Virus record (IMG/VR): IMGVR_UViG_3300032330_000578
Span: 1 to 49,115 of that record
DNA from: a virus
Lineage: Duplodnaviria > Caudoviricetes
Length of the DNA stretch: 49,115 nt
Reading direction: 5' to 3' (one strand)
A model generated the notes under the pieces. The model was not told the origin of the DNA, did no database searches, and saw nothing but the letters and a program-made list of their open reading frames with translations. The position numbers and the translations under genes are program-made. Shown piece by piece: positions 19,260 to 28,841 of this stretch. Each line of letters opens with the position of its first letter. Within the stretch, counting starts at the first letter, position 1.

Positions 19260-21533
19260 ATGGCATCAGCATCGGTACTACAGGCTTGGGAAAGAGCATT
19301 TAAGAGTGGCTCTAAATCCCTACAGCAAAAACTCAGAGCAGCCCATGGCAACAAACCTGAGTTCAAGAAGTTTTTAAAAGACCAAGGTCTTGAAACTGAA
19401 ACCAGTGTAAAGCAAGTGTCTAAGTCTCAGGTTGACAAGGTCAAGCAGAAAGCCCGTGAAAAACTAGCCGCAAAGGCATATGGTGCCACCAAGGGAACCC
19501 GTATGGGTGCTGCTGATGGTTCAGGTGAAACGCTCCGTGACACCATTGCACCACTTTCTCCTGAGCAACATGCTGCTGTTAAGACAGCAGAAAGAACTGC
19601 TAAAGCCGCTGCTAAACCAGCCGCCAAGCCTAAGAAAGAAAAGAAGTCAAAGGCTCCAAAACCAGAAGAATCTCGCCTAGACATGATTAAGCGTCTAGCA
19701 TCAAGAAAGAAGATTAACAATCCTCCTGTATCTGCTAAGCAGTTACGCACGATTGCGGCAGTTGGTGGTCAAGAACATGACCATGGCGGATTTGATGACC
19801 TCTCTGGTACTGGCTATGAACACTTAGGTGGTCGTCACAGCATGGATGAGATGAATAAAGAAATGCCTTTATCACGCGAACAACTCGATAACATGGCAAA
19901 GCAAAAGTCCGCAGAGTACGCAAAACTTTATGATAAGGTTTCGCCAGAAATGCGAAAAAAATTAAAACTTCCAGCAAAACTTCCAGAAGAAGTCAAAGAT
20001 AAAGTTAAGGCTAAAACACCTGCATCTTCGCCTCTACATGTCACACTGGACCAAGCATATGCAAAAGGTCGGTTTGGTCGTGCACCAAGAGGTAGCAAGA
20101 CCCTAAAGAATATGTCTGATATTAAACTTGCAAATAACTTGACAAGAGAAGAAACTGAATTTAAAGTTGGCGATAAAGTTTCGATACATTCACCAGATGA
20201 TTGGGATTGGCATGAGCGTAAGGGTGAATTAGTATCAACATCTAATGATGGTCATGTTGTAAAACTAAATGATGGCGGAATGCTATCAGTTGCAAAGCAT
20301 CAGATAAAGAAAATTGACGAAGAGATGAACAACCGTATCACTAAGATTCACGTTCGCGGTCAAAACGTAATTGTTCATAAATATGATACCGAGGCTAATG
20401 GTACATATAAGGAAGTAAAGCATCACTCTAGCGCAACAGCGGCACAAACATATGCTCGCCAATTACATAAAGCCAGAGGTCGTAATGCTAAACTTGTGAT
20501 TAATGAAAACATTATTGACAGATTTGTTGCTAATAAGATTGCTGCGTATCATAGCAATAAAGTTAAAGGTTCTGTAGAGCAATCTGATGCAGCCCGTGAA
20601 GCCGTCACTAAGAAAATGGAACCAATCAAGAAAAAGATTGAGCGCATTAAGGCTAGAGCATCCTACAAAGATAAGTCTCACGCAAGACATGATGAGACCA
20701 AACTAGACCTTAAGCATGCTAATGATGAACACGCAGCACTTAAAGCCGAGCGCGCAAAACACTATGATGCTTTTAAAAATGCATCAGCAGAAAGAGATTC
20801 TAATATTGCCTCAGACATGAAGACCTATGACAAGTATGGTCTTGTTGGTCTAGGTCTAAAACGTTTAAAGCAAAACATTCAAAAGGAAGAGACAATGAAC
20901 GAAGGTATCCTAAGCACAATTCTAGGTAAGAAGAAAGAACTAGCCAAGCCAACCCCAAAGAAGACTGGATACCAAGGTCTTCCTGCTGAGTGGAGCCAAG
21001 AGAAGCGCGGCAATGAATATGACGCCAACAAGTACATGGCTAAACTTAAGAATGAAGAATACAAAGAACCTTTTGAAGGCGGCAAAGAACCTTCCAAGAA
21101 TAAAGGTATTGTTGTCGGCAAGAGCCGTCCTGAAGGAATGTCACGTGTTGCTCACCTAGCCCGTCAAGCCCTAAAGAAGAAGGCTGCAATGAAGGAAGGT
21201 TACATGAAGGCAAACATGCCTGAAACAGAAGATGACAATGGTGCATCTGATATGGCAGAATATGAGCGTCAAGCAAAGAAGAAAGGCGTTCGTGCATATG
21301 ACAAGAAAGGCAACCTAGTTGGCAACTATCGTAGCATGGCAGATGCTAAGAAGTTTAAGCCTAATCATACATACAAGGAAGAAGCCAAACCATCTTCAGT
21401 CTATGCGCTAAATCCTGGTATGAAAGAAAAACTATGGGCAAAGCACATGGCAGATAAGAAAGCCTCTTCACAAGCACCTGCTGATAGAGCAGCCCGTATG
21501 AAAGATAGAATTGCAGCAGCAAAGAGCAAGTAA
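19260..21533 (+). CDS. Large charged low-complexity protein, probable capsid-internal polyprotein
   Basis: Lys/Glu-rich segments separated by (L/I/M)-x-E(E) sites resembling gp21 protease sites. Confidence 0.6.
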   Translation: MASASVLQAWERAFKSGSKSLQQKLRAAHGNKPEFKKFLKDQGLETETSVKQVSKSQVDKVKQKAREKLAAKAYGATKGTRMGAADGSGETLRDTIAPLSPEQHAAVKTAERTAKAAAKPAAKPKKEKKSKAPKPEESRLDMIKRLASRKKINNPPVSAKQLRTIAAVGGQEHDHGGFDDLSGTGYEHLGGRHSMDEMNKEMPLSREQLDNMAKQKSAEYAKLYDKVSPEMRKKLKLPAKLPEEVKDKVKAKTPASSPLHVTLDQAYAKGRFGRAPRGSKTLKNMSDIKLANNLTREETEFKVGDKVSIHSPDDWDWHERKGELVSTSNDGHVVKLNDGGMLSVAKHQIKKIDEEMNNRITKIHVRGQNVIVHKYDTEANGTYKEVKHHSSATAAQTYARQLHKARGRNAKLVINENIIDRFVANKIAAYHSNKVKGSVEQSDAAREAVTKKMEPIKKKIERIKARASYKDKSHARHDETKLDLKHANDEHAALKAERAKHYDAFKNASAERDSNIASDMKTYDKYGLVGLGLKRLKQNIQKEETMNEGILSTILGKKKELAKPTPKKTGYQGLPAEWSQEKRGNEYDANKYMAKLKNEEYKEPFEGGKEPSKNKGIVVGKSRPEGMSRVAHLARQALKKKAAMKEGYMKANMPETEDDNGASDMAEYERQAKKKGVRAYDKKGNLVGNYRSMADAKKFKPNHTYKEEAKPSSVYALNPGMKEKLWAKHMADKKASSQAPADRAARMKDRIAAAKSK

Positions 21534-23269
21534 TGGAACTGAAGCACGCTACTGACCTTGAGATTGCTAAGCATTTAGCATCTCATGCTGCAACTCCAAC
21601 AGGAAAGTCTAGAGAACAGAACAGAGTTGGTAAACTATTGGCTGATAGGAACGCAAGAATGAAAAAAGCACATGTTGTACAACCAATGGGTCTTGTATAT
21701 AAAGAAGACCGTGATGAAAACATGAAGCAAGAGATTGCTGACCGATTAGCCAATACTCCAGCAGAGCGTGCAGAAAGAAAGCATCGTGTACAAGTTGCTA
21801 TTAACAGAGCAAAACAACTTAGAGAAGGTAATAAAATGAAGACATTTTCCAAATTGCAGGAAGCAATTACTCCAGCATCACCAGCACTAGTTAGTGCAAT
21901 GAACAGTCTGTTGGCTGATAATTTTGCCTTCTATCTAAAGGCTCATAACTATCACTGGAACATTGAAGGTGCTGACTTTGCTCAGTATCATGAATTCCTT
22001 GGTAACTTGTATGAAGATGCTCATGGTGCAGTCGATAACATTGCAGAACGCATCCGCACACTAAAAGCCTATGCTCTTGGTACAATGGAAAACTTTATGA
22101 GCGAAACTTCTATTACAGAAGATTCTTCAGTTCCTGGTCCAATGCAGATGCTACAGAACATCACTATGGATAATGAAACTCTAATTGAATCCCTAACAAG
22201 AGCATACAAAGCCGCTGAAGCAGATGGCAGAGTTGGTCTTGCTAATTTCCTACAAGACCGTATTGACGCTCATGAAAAGCATGGCTGGATGCTACGCTCT
22301 CTTGTCAAAGGTAATCTATCAGAATCTGTAGACCTTAGTGAAGTAAATTCACGTCACAGTTTTGTTGCTGCTCAGGATAGACTAACTCCAAGAGCAAAAA
22401 ACGTTAAGCAAGCCCTAAGCACCAAAAGACGCGATGTAGCGGCAACTAACAAATATGGCAAAGTCATTGGCAAAATTGCTGGTATGAAGCCAAAGGAAGT
22501 TGTTGCCAATCTTAAGGATATGGGCGAAGAAGTCGAACTTGATGAAGATGCGCTAAAGGCAAGAGAGCAATGGATGAAAGCAAAGGGTGTATCAACTGGA
22601 AACCCTAAAGCAGACAGAGCCAGAAAAGTTAAAAGACTAATGAAATCCTTTCCTATGAAGAAAGAAGAAGTCGAGCAGATTCAAGAAGTTGGTCCGCAAA
22701 AGAAACTAAAGAGAGTATTTAACAAACTCCGTGATGCCCGTGCAGGGCAACGTTACAAGGATTCTGGTATGCCAGTTCCTGAGCGTGAACCTGGACACAA
22801 AAACACAGTAGACCACAACAAGGCAATTGGTCGCGCTCTTCGCAAGATGGGTGAAGAAACTGAACAGGTTGCTGAATCTGTTAAAGTTGGTCCTAAAAAT
22901 TACCACAAATCTACTGATACAGTTTGGCATGCTGTTCAACATAATGGCAAAGAAATTGGCACAATTGGTACAAATTCTGCGCAAAATGTAGAAAAGCACG
23001 GTAAGTGGGGATTTGAAGATTCACGTGGGTATGGGCGTAGACATGGTGAGCCTGAAATGAATTCAAAAGAAGAGGCTCTTGATGCTCTTGTAAATCGTCA
23101 CAAAGAATATACAAAACAGGTTAATGAAGTACTAAAGCCATCGATGGGCGCATCAGCATACATTCATGATTTTGTTCACTCAAAAAATGCTAAGTTTGCT
23201 GGCAAGTCTAAAGCCGAACGTACCAAGATGGCTCTTGGTGCATACTATAGTGCTAAGAAAGGCAAATAA
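21533..23269 (+). CDS. Dps/ferritin-like domain within a probable capsid-internal protein
   Basis: KAHNYHWNIEG, HEFLG.LYE, DNIAERIR and EKHGWMLRS; possible internal start at 21836 (MKTFSKLQE). Confidence 0.85.
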   Translation: MELKHATDLEIAKHLASHAATPTGKSREQNRVGKLLADRNARMKKAHVVQPMGLVYKEDRDENMKQEIADRLANTPAERAERKHRVQVAINRAKQLREGNKMKTFSKLQEAITPASPALVSAMNSLLADNFAFYLKAHNYHWNIEGADFAQYHEFLGNLYEDAHGAVDNIAERIRTLKAYALGTMENFMSETSITEDSSVPGPMQMLQNITMDNETLIESLTRAYKAAEADGRVGLANFLQDRIDAHEKHGWMLRSLVKGNLSESVDLSEVNSRHSFVAAQDRLTPRAKNVKQALSTKRRDVAATNKYGKVIGKIAGMKPKEVVANLKDMGEEVELDEDALKAREQWMKAKGVSTGNPKADRARKVKRLMKSFPMKKEEVEQIQEVGPQKKLKRVFNKLRDARAGQRYKDSGMPVPEREPGHKNTVDHNKAIGRALRKMGEETEQVAESVKVGPKNYHKSTDTVWHAVQHNGKEIGTIGTNSAQNVEKHGKWGFEDSRGYGRRHGEPEMNSKEEALDALVNRHKEYTKQVNEVLKPSMGASAYIHDFVHSKNAKFAGKSKAERTKMALGAYYSAKKGK

Positions 23270-23271
23270 GT

Positions 23272-23436
23272 ATGGACAAGGAACCAAAAAAAACTAAGTT
23301 CCGTCAGTTGCGCAAGAAGGTTCAAGACAACAAAACTGTTAACCTTGAACCAACTCTATCAACAATGAAGTCAATGCCAACTACAGCGGCTTACGATACA
23401 ACTAAACCAGGAAACGAAAATGTTAAAGTTCAGTGA
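23272..23436 (+). CDS. Small hypothetical protein (54 aa, not in the ORF track)
   Basis: MDKEPKKTKFRQLRKK...NVKVQ* fills the gap between neighbouring genes. Confidence 0.5.
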   Translation: MDKEPKKTKFRQLRKKVQDNKTVNLEPTLSTMKSMPTTAAYDTTKPGNENVKVQ

Positions 23437-23878
23437 GTACTTTGCCGAAGAAAATGGCACGTTAGAAATTGAAAAGGAACAATTAGAAGGTCAACTAGAC
23501 TATCTAAATGCTGACCTTGATAGCGTAACACAAAAACCATTTCAAAACAGTGCTGTCTTTATAAACACAATTCGCGGCACGTTAGAGCGTTACAGTCTGC
23601 TCATTCCATCAATGGGACACGCAACTCTATCTCCTGATGGAGAAGTAGTATTTAAACTTGGTGAGAGCGGTAAGTTCCTCTACATCGTATATGATGTTAA
23701 TGACTTTGGATTTACAGAAGGTTATGCGCAAGTTGTAACCAATGATGAACTCAAAGATTTGTCAAAACTTGATAGCGAAGATTGGATGTCTAACAAAGTG
23801 CCATATGTTCCTAAAAAGACTCCGTATGCCGGAAGAGGTGATGCTGACGATTCTGGAGACAATTCCGATTACACATAA
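23420..23878 (+). CDS. Hypothetical acidic protein
   Basis: 152-aa ORF with capsid-targeting-like start MLKFSEYFAE. Confidence 0.7.
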   Translation: MLKFSEYFAEENGTLEIEKEQLEGQLDYLNADLDSVTQKPFQNSAVFINTIRGTLERYSLLIPSMGHATLSPDGEVVFKLGESGKFLYIVYDVNDFGFTEGYAQVVTNDELKDLSKLDSEDWMSNKVPYVPKKTPYAGRGDADDSGDNSDYT

Positions 23879-24264
23879 TGTTTGAAAATTTAACTGACAA
23901 CAACATTCTACTTTATGCTGTAAAGTGCTATGACAAGCCCAACTGCATTATTAGTGAGTTTGATGAAGACTTCAAAAGAGTCCGATACATTAAACGATTG
24001 CTAAAAAAGTATAGAGAAACAGGTGAACTGAAGGAGCGATTGGTACTTAATCATATCATCCTCCTTCAGAATGTTTTTGGCATTGTGCCAAGCACCAGAA
24101 TTCTGTTTGCAAAAGTTAGTGATAAAGACTATGGTACACTAAAACCTTTTCTAATTTATACATCTGCTATGCCAGCTGTGGTCAGGGGAGTGAATGGGAG
24201 AGATGTGCTCTCTAGTGATATTCCGATGGACTGGAGTATCGTAGAGATTCTAAGGAAACTATAA
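23878..24264 (+). CDS. Conserved T4-like hypothetical protein
   Basis: EF.ED.KR..YIKRL...L.ERL.LNHII.L.NVFG pattern. Confidence 0.75.
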   Translation: MFENLTDNNILLYAVKCYDKPNCIISEFDEDFKRVRYIKRLLKKYRETGELKERLVLNHIILLQNVFGIVPSTRILFAKVSDKDYGTLKPFLIYTSAMPAVVRGVNGRDVLSSDIPMDWSIVEILRKL

Positions 24265-24284
24265 CTTAAACCCAGACATACTGG

Positions 24285-24313
24285 ATTATACCATAAAACT
24301 GGAAAAGAGTCAA
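24285..24313 (-). promoter_or_regulatory. Near-consensus sigma70 promoter on the minus strand
   Basis: Reverse complement reads TTGACT-17 bp-TATAAT with a TGn extended -10; intergenic. Confidence 0.7.
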
Positions 24314-24318
24314 CTAAA

Positions 24319-24831
24319 ATGCCCAAGAAATTTAAGACTATTAGAGAGAATGCGGTTCCCGTGATGGGAGTAGGCAATGTTGGCGGTCCAGTATCAGATA
24401 ACAACCCTCCTGGTCCAAGTAAACTTGCAAAGGCAATTCTGCGCCGCAAGCGCCCTCTAAAAGAGGATGTAGCAAATCATATTGATGAGTTTAAGTCATA
24501 TGCCGCGCAAGAACTAGGCTTGCAAAATGTTCCAAACATCAACATTATTGATGACAGAAAAGCCGCACTAGACAATACAAGTTTTGGTAATTATTCTCCT
24601 GGTAGCAAGGACATTAACGTAAATGTTGCAGGTCGTCATGTTGCTGATGTGCTAAGAACACTAGCACATGAATTGGTTCACCACAAGCAAAATGAAGATG
24701 GCAGACTTACCCATAATGCTGGTGAGACTGGTAGCGATTTTGAAAATGAAGCAAATAGCAAGGCTGGCGTTCTAATGCGCAACTATGGCAAGAGAAACCC
24801 AGGCATCTATGAAGACTATGAAAACACTTGA
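24319..24831 (+). CDS. HExxH zinc-metallopeptidase-like protein
   Basis: LRTLAHELVHHKQ...ENEAN. Confidence 0.7.
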   Translation: MPKKFKTIRENAVPVMGVGNVGGPVSDNNPPGPSKLAKAILRRKRPLKEDVANHIDEFKSYAAQELGLQNVPNINIIDDRKAALDNTSFGNYSPGSKDINVNVAGRHVADVLRTLAHELVHHKQNEDGRLTHNAGETGSDFENEANSKAGVLMRNYGKRNPGIYEDYENT

Positions 24832-25591
24832 AGAGAAGAAACTACTTGTAAAGATGGCGCAGATGCTGGGTCAACCTGTAGACCCAGAACTAGTTGAATC
24901 TATCAAGAGAGAAGAGTATCTAAACCGTAAGATATTCGAAAAAGAAACACCTCCTCCTGCGCCAGTCTTGCAGGAAGTCGTTATTATGGAACCAGAACCT
25001 GCTTCAGCACCGAAGCCTGCTGAAACTAACATTGTTCCCGCAAAACAAGACCTTGTACAACAAGTAGTAAACACGCTAGGCACTACATCAAAGAATCCTC
25101 TCACAGACACATATCGCGACAAGGAGATAGAAGGCATTCGTAAAACTCTTGCTGAGATGATGCAAAAGATTGCTACGATGTCTTGGGGCGGCGGTGGCAC
25201 TGGCGTCGTAAGAATCGGCGCAACGGACGACTTCGATAAAGACTCATACGGCGAAGGCAGATATCTCCGTTGGAAAGATGGGATGTTTCGCCTTGATGAA
25301 CTTACCTCAGGCGACGTTCAAAACAGCACCACACTAGTTGAAGACAACGAATACTACATTCTAGACGATGATTGGTACATCGGCGTAAATTATGCGGGAA
25401 CAGTCAATATACACTTGCCCATAACTGCACCAAATGGGCGAAATCTAGTTATCAAGGACGAATCAGGAAACTGTGCAAATAATCCTATCATTGCTACTGG
25501 AACAGTTGACAATGATGCTGGCGGATTTAATTTGCAAATCAATAATGGAGCGATACACATGGTCTATCGCAATGGCTGGAGAATTATCTAA
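24818..25591 (+). CDS. Hypothetical, probable virion structural protein
   Basis: GGGG.G.V linker and C-terminal beta-rich domain (IKDESG...W.II) seen in fiber-like proteins. Confidence 0.55.
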   Translation: MKTLEEKKLLVKMAQMLGQPVDPELVESIKREEYLNRKIFEKETPPPAPVLQEVVIMEPEPASAPKPAETNIVPAKQDLVQQVVNTLGTTSKNPLTDTYRDKEIEGIRKTLAEMMQKIATMSWGGGGTGVVRIGATDDFDKDSYGEGRYLRWKDGMFRLDELTSGDVQNSTTLVEDNEYYILDDDWYIGVNYAGTVNIHLPITAPNGRNLVIKDESGNCANNPIIATGTVDNDAGGFNLQINNGAIHMVYRNGWRII

Positions 25592-26205
25592 TGTCATATT
25601 TACTGAATAACAATGTCAATGTACAAAATAACAATTCAATTGTCACTGCTGACAATCCCTTTCCAGTTACTGGTATAGTTTATCCCGAGACACATAAACC
25701 TGGATTGCACTATTCTTTTAATAATCATGCTATCAATGTGCATAGAGGATGGACTATTGAATCAGATGCTATGGTCCCTATGATGAGTATACGTTGTAAG
25801 GCTAACGTTAGTATTTCGCAACTCGCTGAGTTAGAAGAATATGAATTAGGAAATAATAACGCCAGTGCGAGTACTATTGTGTATGAATGGTGGTTAGGTA
25901 ATTTAACATTCGGCGGAGCAGCAGTGCCATCTTTCACATCAGTCGGTACGAGATTAGAATACAGATTTTATACTGACTGGTACAGCAGTCAAAATGGCAC
26001 AACAGTAACTAGTTTTGCCGGATGCACTATGATTCATTCTGGTATTATTATTGGCACAACTCGGGGCGGGGACAGCGTCCATACAGCTTTAAACGGAACG
26101 GGAACGGCTACACCAGGAACCTTGCTAACATTGATGGCCAAGAGAGTCGACAACGCAACAAAGTTGGATTTGTGGGGCGCATTTAACTTGATAGAATTTA
26201 CCTAA
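25591..26205 (+). CDS. Hypothetical, probable virion structural protein
   Basis: NPFPV motif; Thr/Gly-rich beta composition. Confidence 0.5.
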   Translation: MSYLLNNNVNVQNNNSIVTADNPFPVTGIVYPETHKPGLHYSFNNHAINVHRGWTIESDAMVPMMSIRCKANVSISQLAELEEYELGNNNASASTIVYEWWLGNLTFGGAAVPSFTSVGTRLEYRFYTDWYSSQNGTTVTSFAGCTMIHSGIIIGTTRGGDSVHTALNGTGTATPGTLLTLMAKRVDNATKLDLWGAFNLIEFT

Positions 26206-26233
26206 CTTTGTTAAAAATCTGTAAGGATATGTT

Positions 26234-28036
26234 TTGCGCAAACTTATATTATTACTGTTGTGGGTTCCATTAGTATCTCACGCGCAAGTCAGCGGGACAA
26301 TCAATCGCCCATTGTCGCCTAAAGCAAAACCAATTGTAATCTACAGGACGGAAATAGACCCTGTTCCTGTAGTGGTAAGAGCAAGACGCCCACCACCAAC
26401 TCTACCTGCTCAGGTGTTTGCCCCGACATTAACGCCTAAAGAAGACCAACCGCTTGTCACTTTTGATACCAGACCACCAGCAGAACTGATTGCTGAGGCG
26501 CGAGCAAACCTAACCAATCGCGAAGGTCCATACGACATTGCTATCAATAATCTGCGTTCAGTAATCTTAACCGAAAAGCCCGACATAGCAAAAGAAGCCT
26601 ATGAACTATTAGGTTATGCTTATGAGAAGTCTAAGGATTTTGAGAAAGCAAAGATACAGTACAAAAAGTACATAACGTTATACCCTACCAAAGATGATGA
26701 CTGGACTCGCGTTCAGCAAAGATTAATGTCGCTCGAAATACTAGAGCCAACAGAACAATTTGCTAGCAGCGGAGTAAAGGACAAACCAAGAACTGGTGAT
26801 AGCAAAGAGTTTGAGGGGACAATCTCAGACTATGGATACTTTGGACAAAGCATTCAATCTTTGTTCGGTCTACAAACAACATACAAGACGGTTCATAACC
26901 AGTACAATCAAACCTATAGAATTAGATTCTCTGCATTAAATGATTTGCGTGAACCAAGCGTTAGTCGAAAGAACCTAGCCCAAGCCTACTGGGATTTTGA
27001 AGATACTTTTGAAAAGTATGGCATTCGCGTAGGACGACAGTCTCCTACTGCTGGTGCGATTAGCCGATTTGATGGTGTATCAGGAAGATTTAAGTATAAT
27101 ACTGAATGGAGTTTTGTTGGTGCAGTTGGACATCCGTATAGCGGACCATCATCAGATACGAATAGACTTTTCCAAGGCATAAGTGCTAATTGGAGAATTA
27201 GCCAAGACTATTCAGCAGGATTCTACTACAACCGTCAAACAGCAGACAAATTTCTAGAACGTTCAGCAGTAGGAACAGAAGTTCAGTATTCATCAGATAA
27301 TACAACAGGAATATTCAGACTTGAGTATGACCTAGTGTATAACAAGATTAATCAAGTCAGTTTCCAAGGTATGCGATATTTTGATAATTTTAACCTGTTT
27401 GCCGTAGTTGACAAAAGACGCTCACCAATGCTATTTGCAGATGTTGCATTAGGGCTAGGGGGATTAAATGCGGAACATCAGGTATACAATTCTGTTGGAG
27501 AACTGCTAAACCGTTCAGGATTGTCATCATCAGAGATATACAATTATATCTCAAACACAACGCAGATGGCAAGTTCATATGTTGTAGGTGGTAGTGTTAA
27601 CTTACCGCAGAAATGGACACTTACGACAGATTTTCAAATCACCAATCTATCAACTGCGCAAGGCTTCATCCTCTCACCGCAGTTTGACCCTGTTCCGGTG
27701 AAGATAGGACTTAACAACAATTACTCATTTAATGTGCATGGAAAAGGTGAAGATTTTCTGTATAAGGACAACACTTTTGAGGTTGTGCTAAACCGAACAA
27801 CAGGTTCAATCAATTCATACTTTGTTGCAGTTTCTGACATATACAGACTTGGTAGACATAATTTTTCAGTAACCCTGAGAGATGACGTTACAGATAAACA
27901 AACCATTACAGGAATTATCAGACTAATCTACGGAATCTCAGAGCATGGCACATTAGAAGCCCAGTATGCAAGAGTAATTGTACTTCCGGGAGATTCTAGT
28001 CAAACTCTTTACATAGGATACAGACAAGATTTTTAG
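26234..28036 (+). CDS. Signal peptide + TPR + outer-membrane beta-barrel (porin-like) protein
   Basis: MRKLILLLLWVPLVSHA signal peptide; TPR-like helix pair AYELLGYAYEKSKDFEKAKIQYKKY; many alternating amphipathic strands; C-terminal YIGYRQDF beta-signal. Confidence 0.8.
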   Translation: MRKLILLLLWVPLVSHAQVSGTINRPLSPKAKPIVIYRTEIDPVPVVVRARRPPPTLPAQVFAPTLTPKEDQPLVTFDTRPPAELIAEARANLTNREGPYDIAINNLRSVILTEKPDIAKEAYELLGYAYEKSKDFEKAKIQYKKYITLYPTKDDDWTRVQQRLMSLEILEPTEQFASSGVKDKPRTGDSKEFEGTISDYGYFGQSIQSLFGLQTTYKTVHNQYNQTYRIRFSALNDLREPSVSRKNLAQAYWDFEDTFEKYGIRVGRQSPTAGAISRFDGVSGRFKYNTEWSFVGAVGHPYSGPSSDTNRLFQGISANWRISQDYSAGFYYNRQTADKFLERSAVGTEVQYSSDNTTGIFRLEYDLVYNKINQVSFQGMRYFDNFNLFAVVDKRRSPMLFADVALGLGGLNAEHQVYNSVGELLNRSGLSSSEIYNYISNTTQMASSYVVGGSVNLPQKWTLTTDFQITNLSTAQGFILSPQFDPVPVKIGLNNNYSFNVHGKGEDFLYKDNTFEVVLNRTTGSINSYFVAVSDIYRLGRHNFSVTLRDDVTDKQTITGIIRLIYGISEHGTLEAQYARVIVLPGDSSQTLYIGYRQDF

Positions 28037-28041
28037 TTTTT

Positions 28042-28049
28042 ACTAAATA
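28042..28049 (+). promoter_or_regulatory. Late promoter variant upstream of the cytochrome gene
   Basis: ACTAAATA in an AT-rich gap, followed by a GGAGA Shine-Dalgarno at 28068-28072. Confidence 0.45.
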
Positions 28050-28080
28050 TAAACATTATCAATAAACGGAGAATTATGCA

Positions 28081-28839
28081 ATGTTTAAGGTAAAGAGTTT
28101 CATCGTAACAGTATTTCTAACAGTTATCCTGTTCGCATCTTATGATGCACCATTCAAGTTCAACCCGCTGCCTACATTTGCAGAAGCAGCTGAGTGCTCT
28201 TTATATGAAACGCTCCACCCAAACTTTCCGCTGACTGGTGCTCACCTTTCAACTGGTAAGTGCTCAACTTGCGCTTCTTGCCATGCTGGTGGTAGATTTA
28301 TTGGTACACCAAAAGTTTGTGCGACCTGCCATAACGGCTCCCCAACAAGCGCAACGGTTGGACGTTCTTCTTCCCATATTCCTATTGGTACAACAGACTG
28401 CGGCAGCTGCCATGCTACTGTAACCTTTACGACTGGCGTGGCTATGAACCACACTGCAGTTTCTTCGCAAAGATGTGATAGTTGTCACAATAATTCTTTT
28501 AGAACTTATAACGCTATAGGTAAGCCATCAGACCACATTCCTACAACAGCGGACTGCGGTACTTGCCACAAGAATACTGGACGTAGTTGGAGTGCCAGTT
28601 TTTCTTCAATCCACGCAGGTGTAACAACAGGTTGCGTAACTTGCCATAATGGTACAACCGCAAAGGGTAAGATTAATGCTCCTGGCGGTCACCCAATTAC
28701 TAGCGATGCTTGTGAAACTTGCCATAGTGTGAGCAATACTATCAGTTTTAAGTGCACTCAGATTATCAATGACCCTAAGATTCAAAAAATGCTTCTAAGC
28801 CCGTTCTTCTCCTCAGACTATCACACATACGGAAACTAA
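28081..28839 (+). CDS. Exported multiheme c-type cytochrome (7 CxxCH)
   Basis: CASCH, CATCH, CGSCH, CDSCH, CGTCH, CVTCH, CETCH; extra His before most motifs (GAH, SHIP, MNH, DHIP, SIH, GHP); hydrophobic N-terminus. Confidence 0.92.
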   Translation: MFKVKSFIVTVFLTVILFASYDAPFKFNPLPTFAEAAECSLYETLHPNFPLTGAHLSTGKCSTCASCHAGGRFIGTPKVCATCHNGSPTSATVGRSSSHIPIGTTDCGSCHATVTFTTGVAMNHTAVSSQRCDSCHNNSFRTYNAIGKPSDHIPTTADCGTCHKNTGRSWSASFSSIHAGVTTGCVTCHNGTTAKGKINAPGGHPITSDACETCHSVSNTISFKCTQIINDPKIQKMLLSPFFSSDYHTYGN

Positions 28840-28841
28840 TC

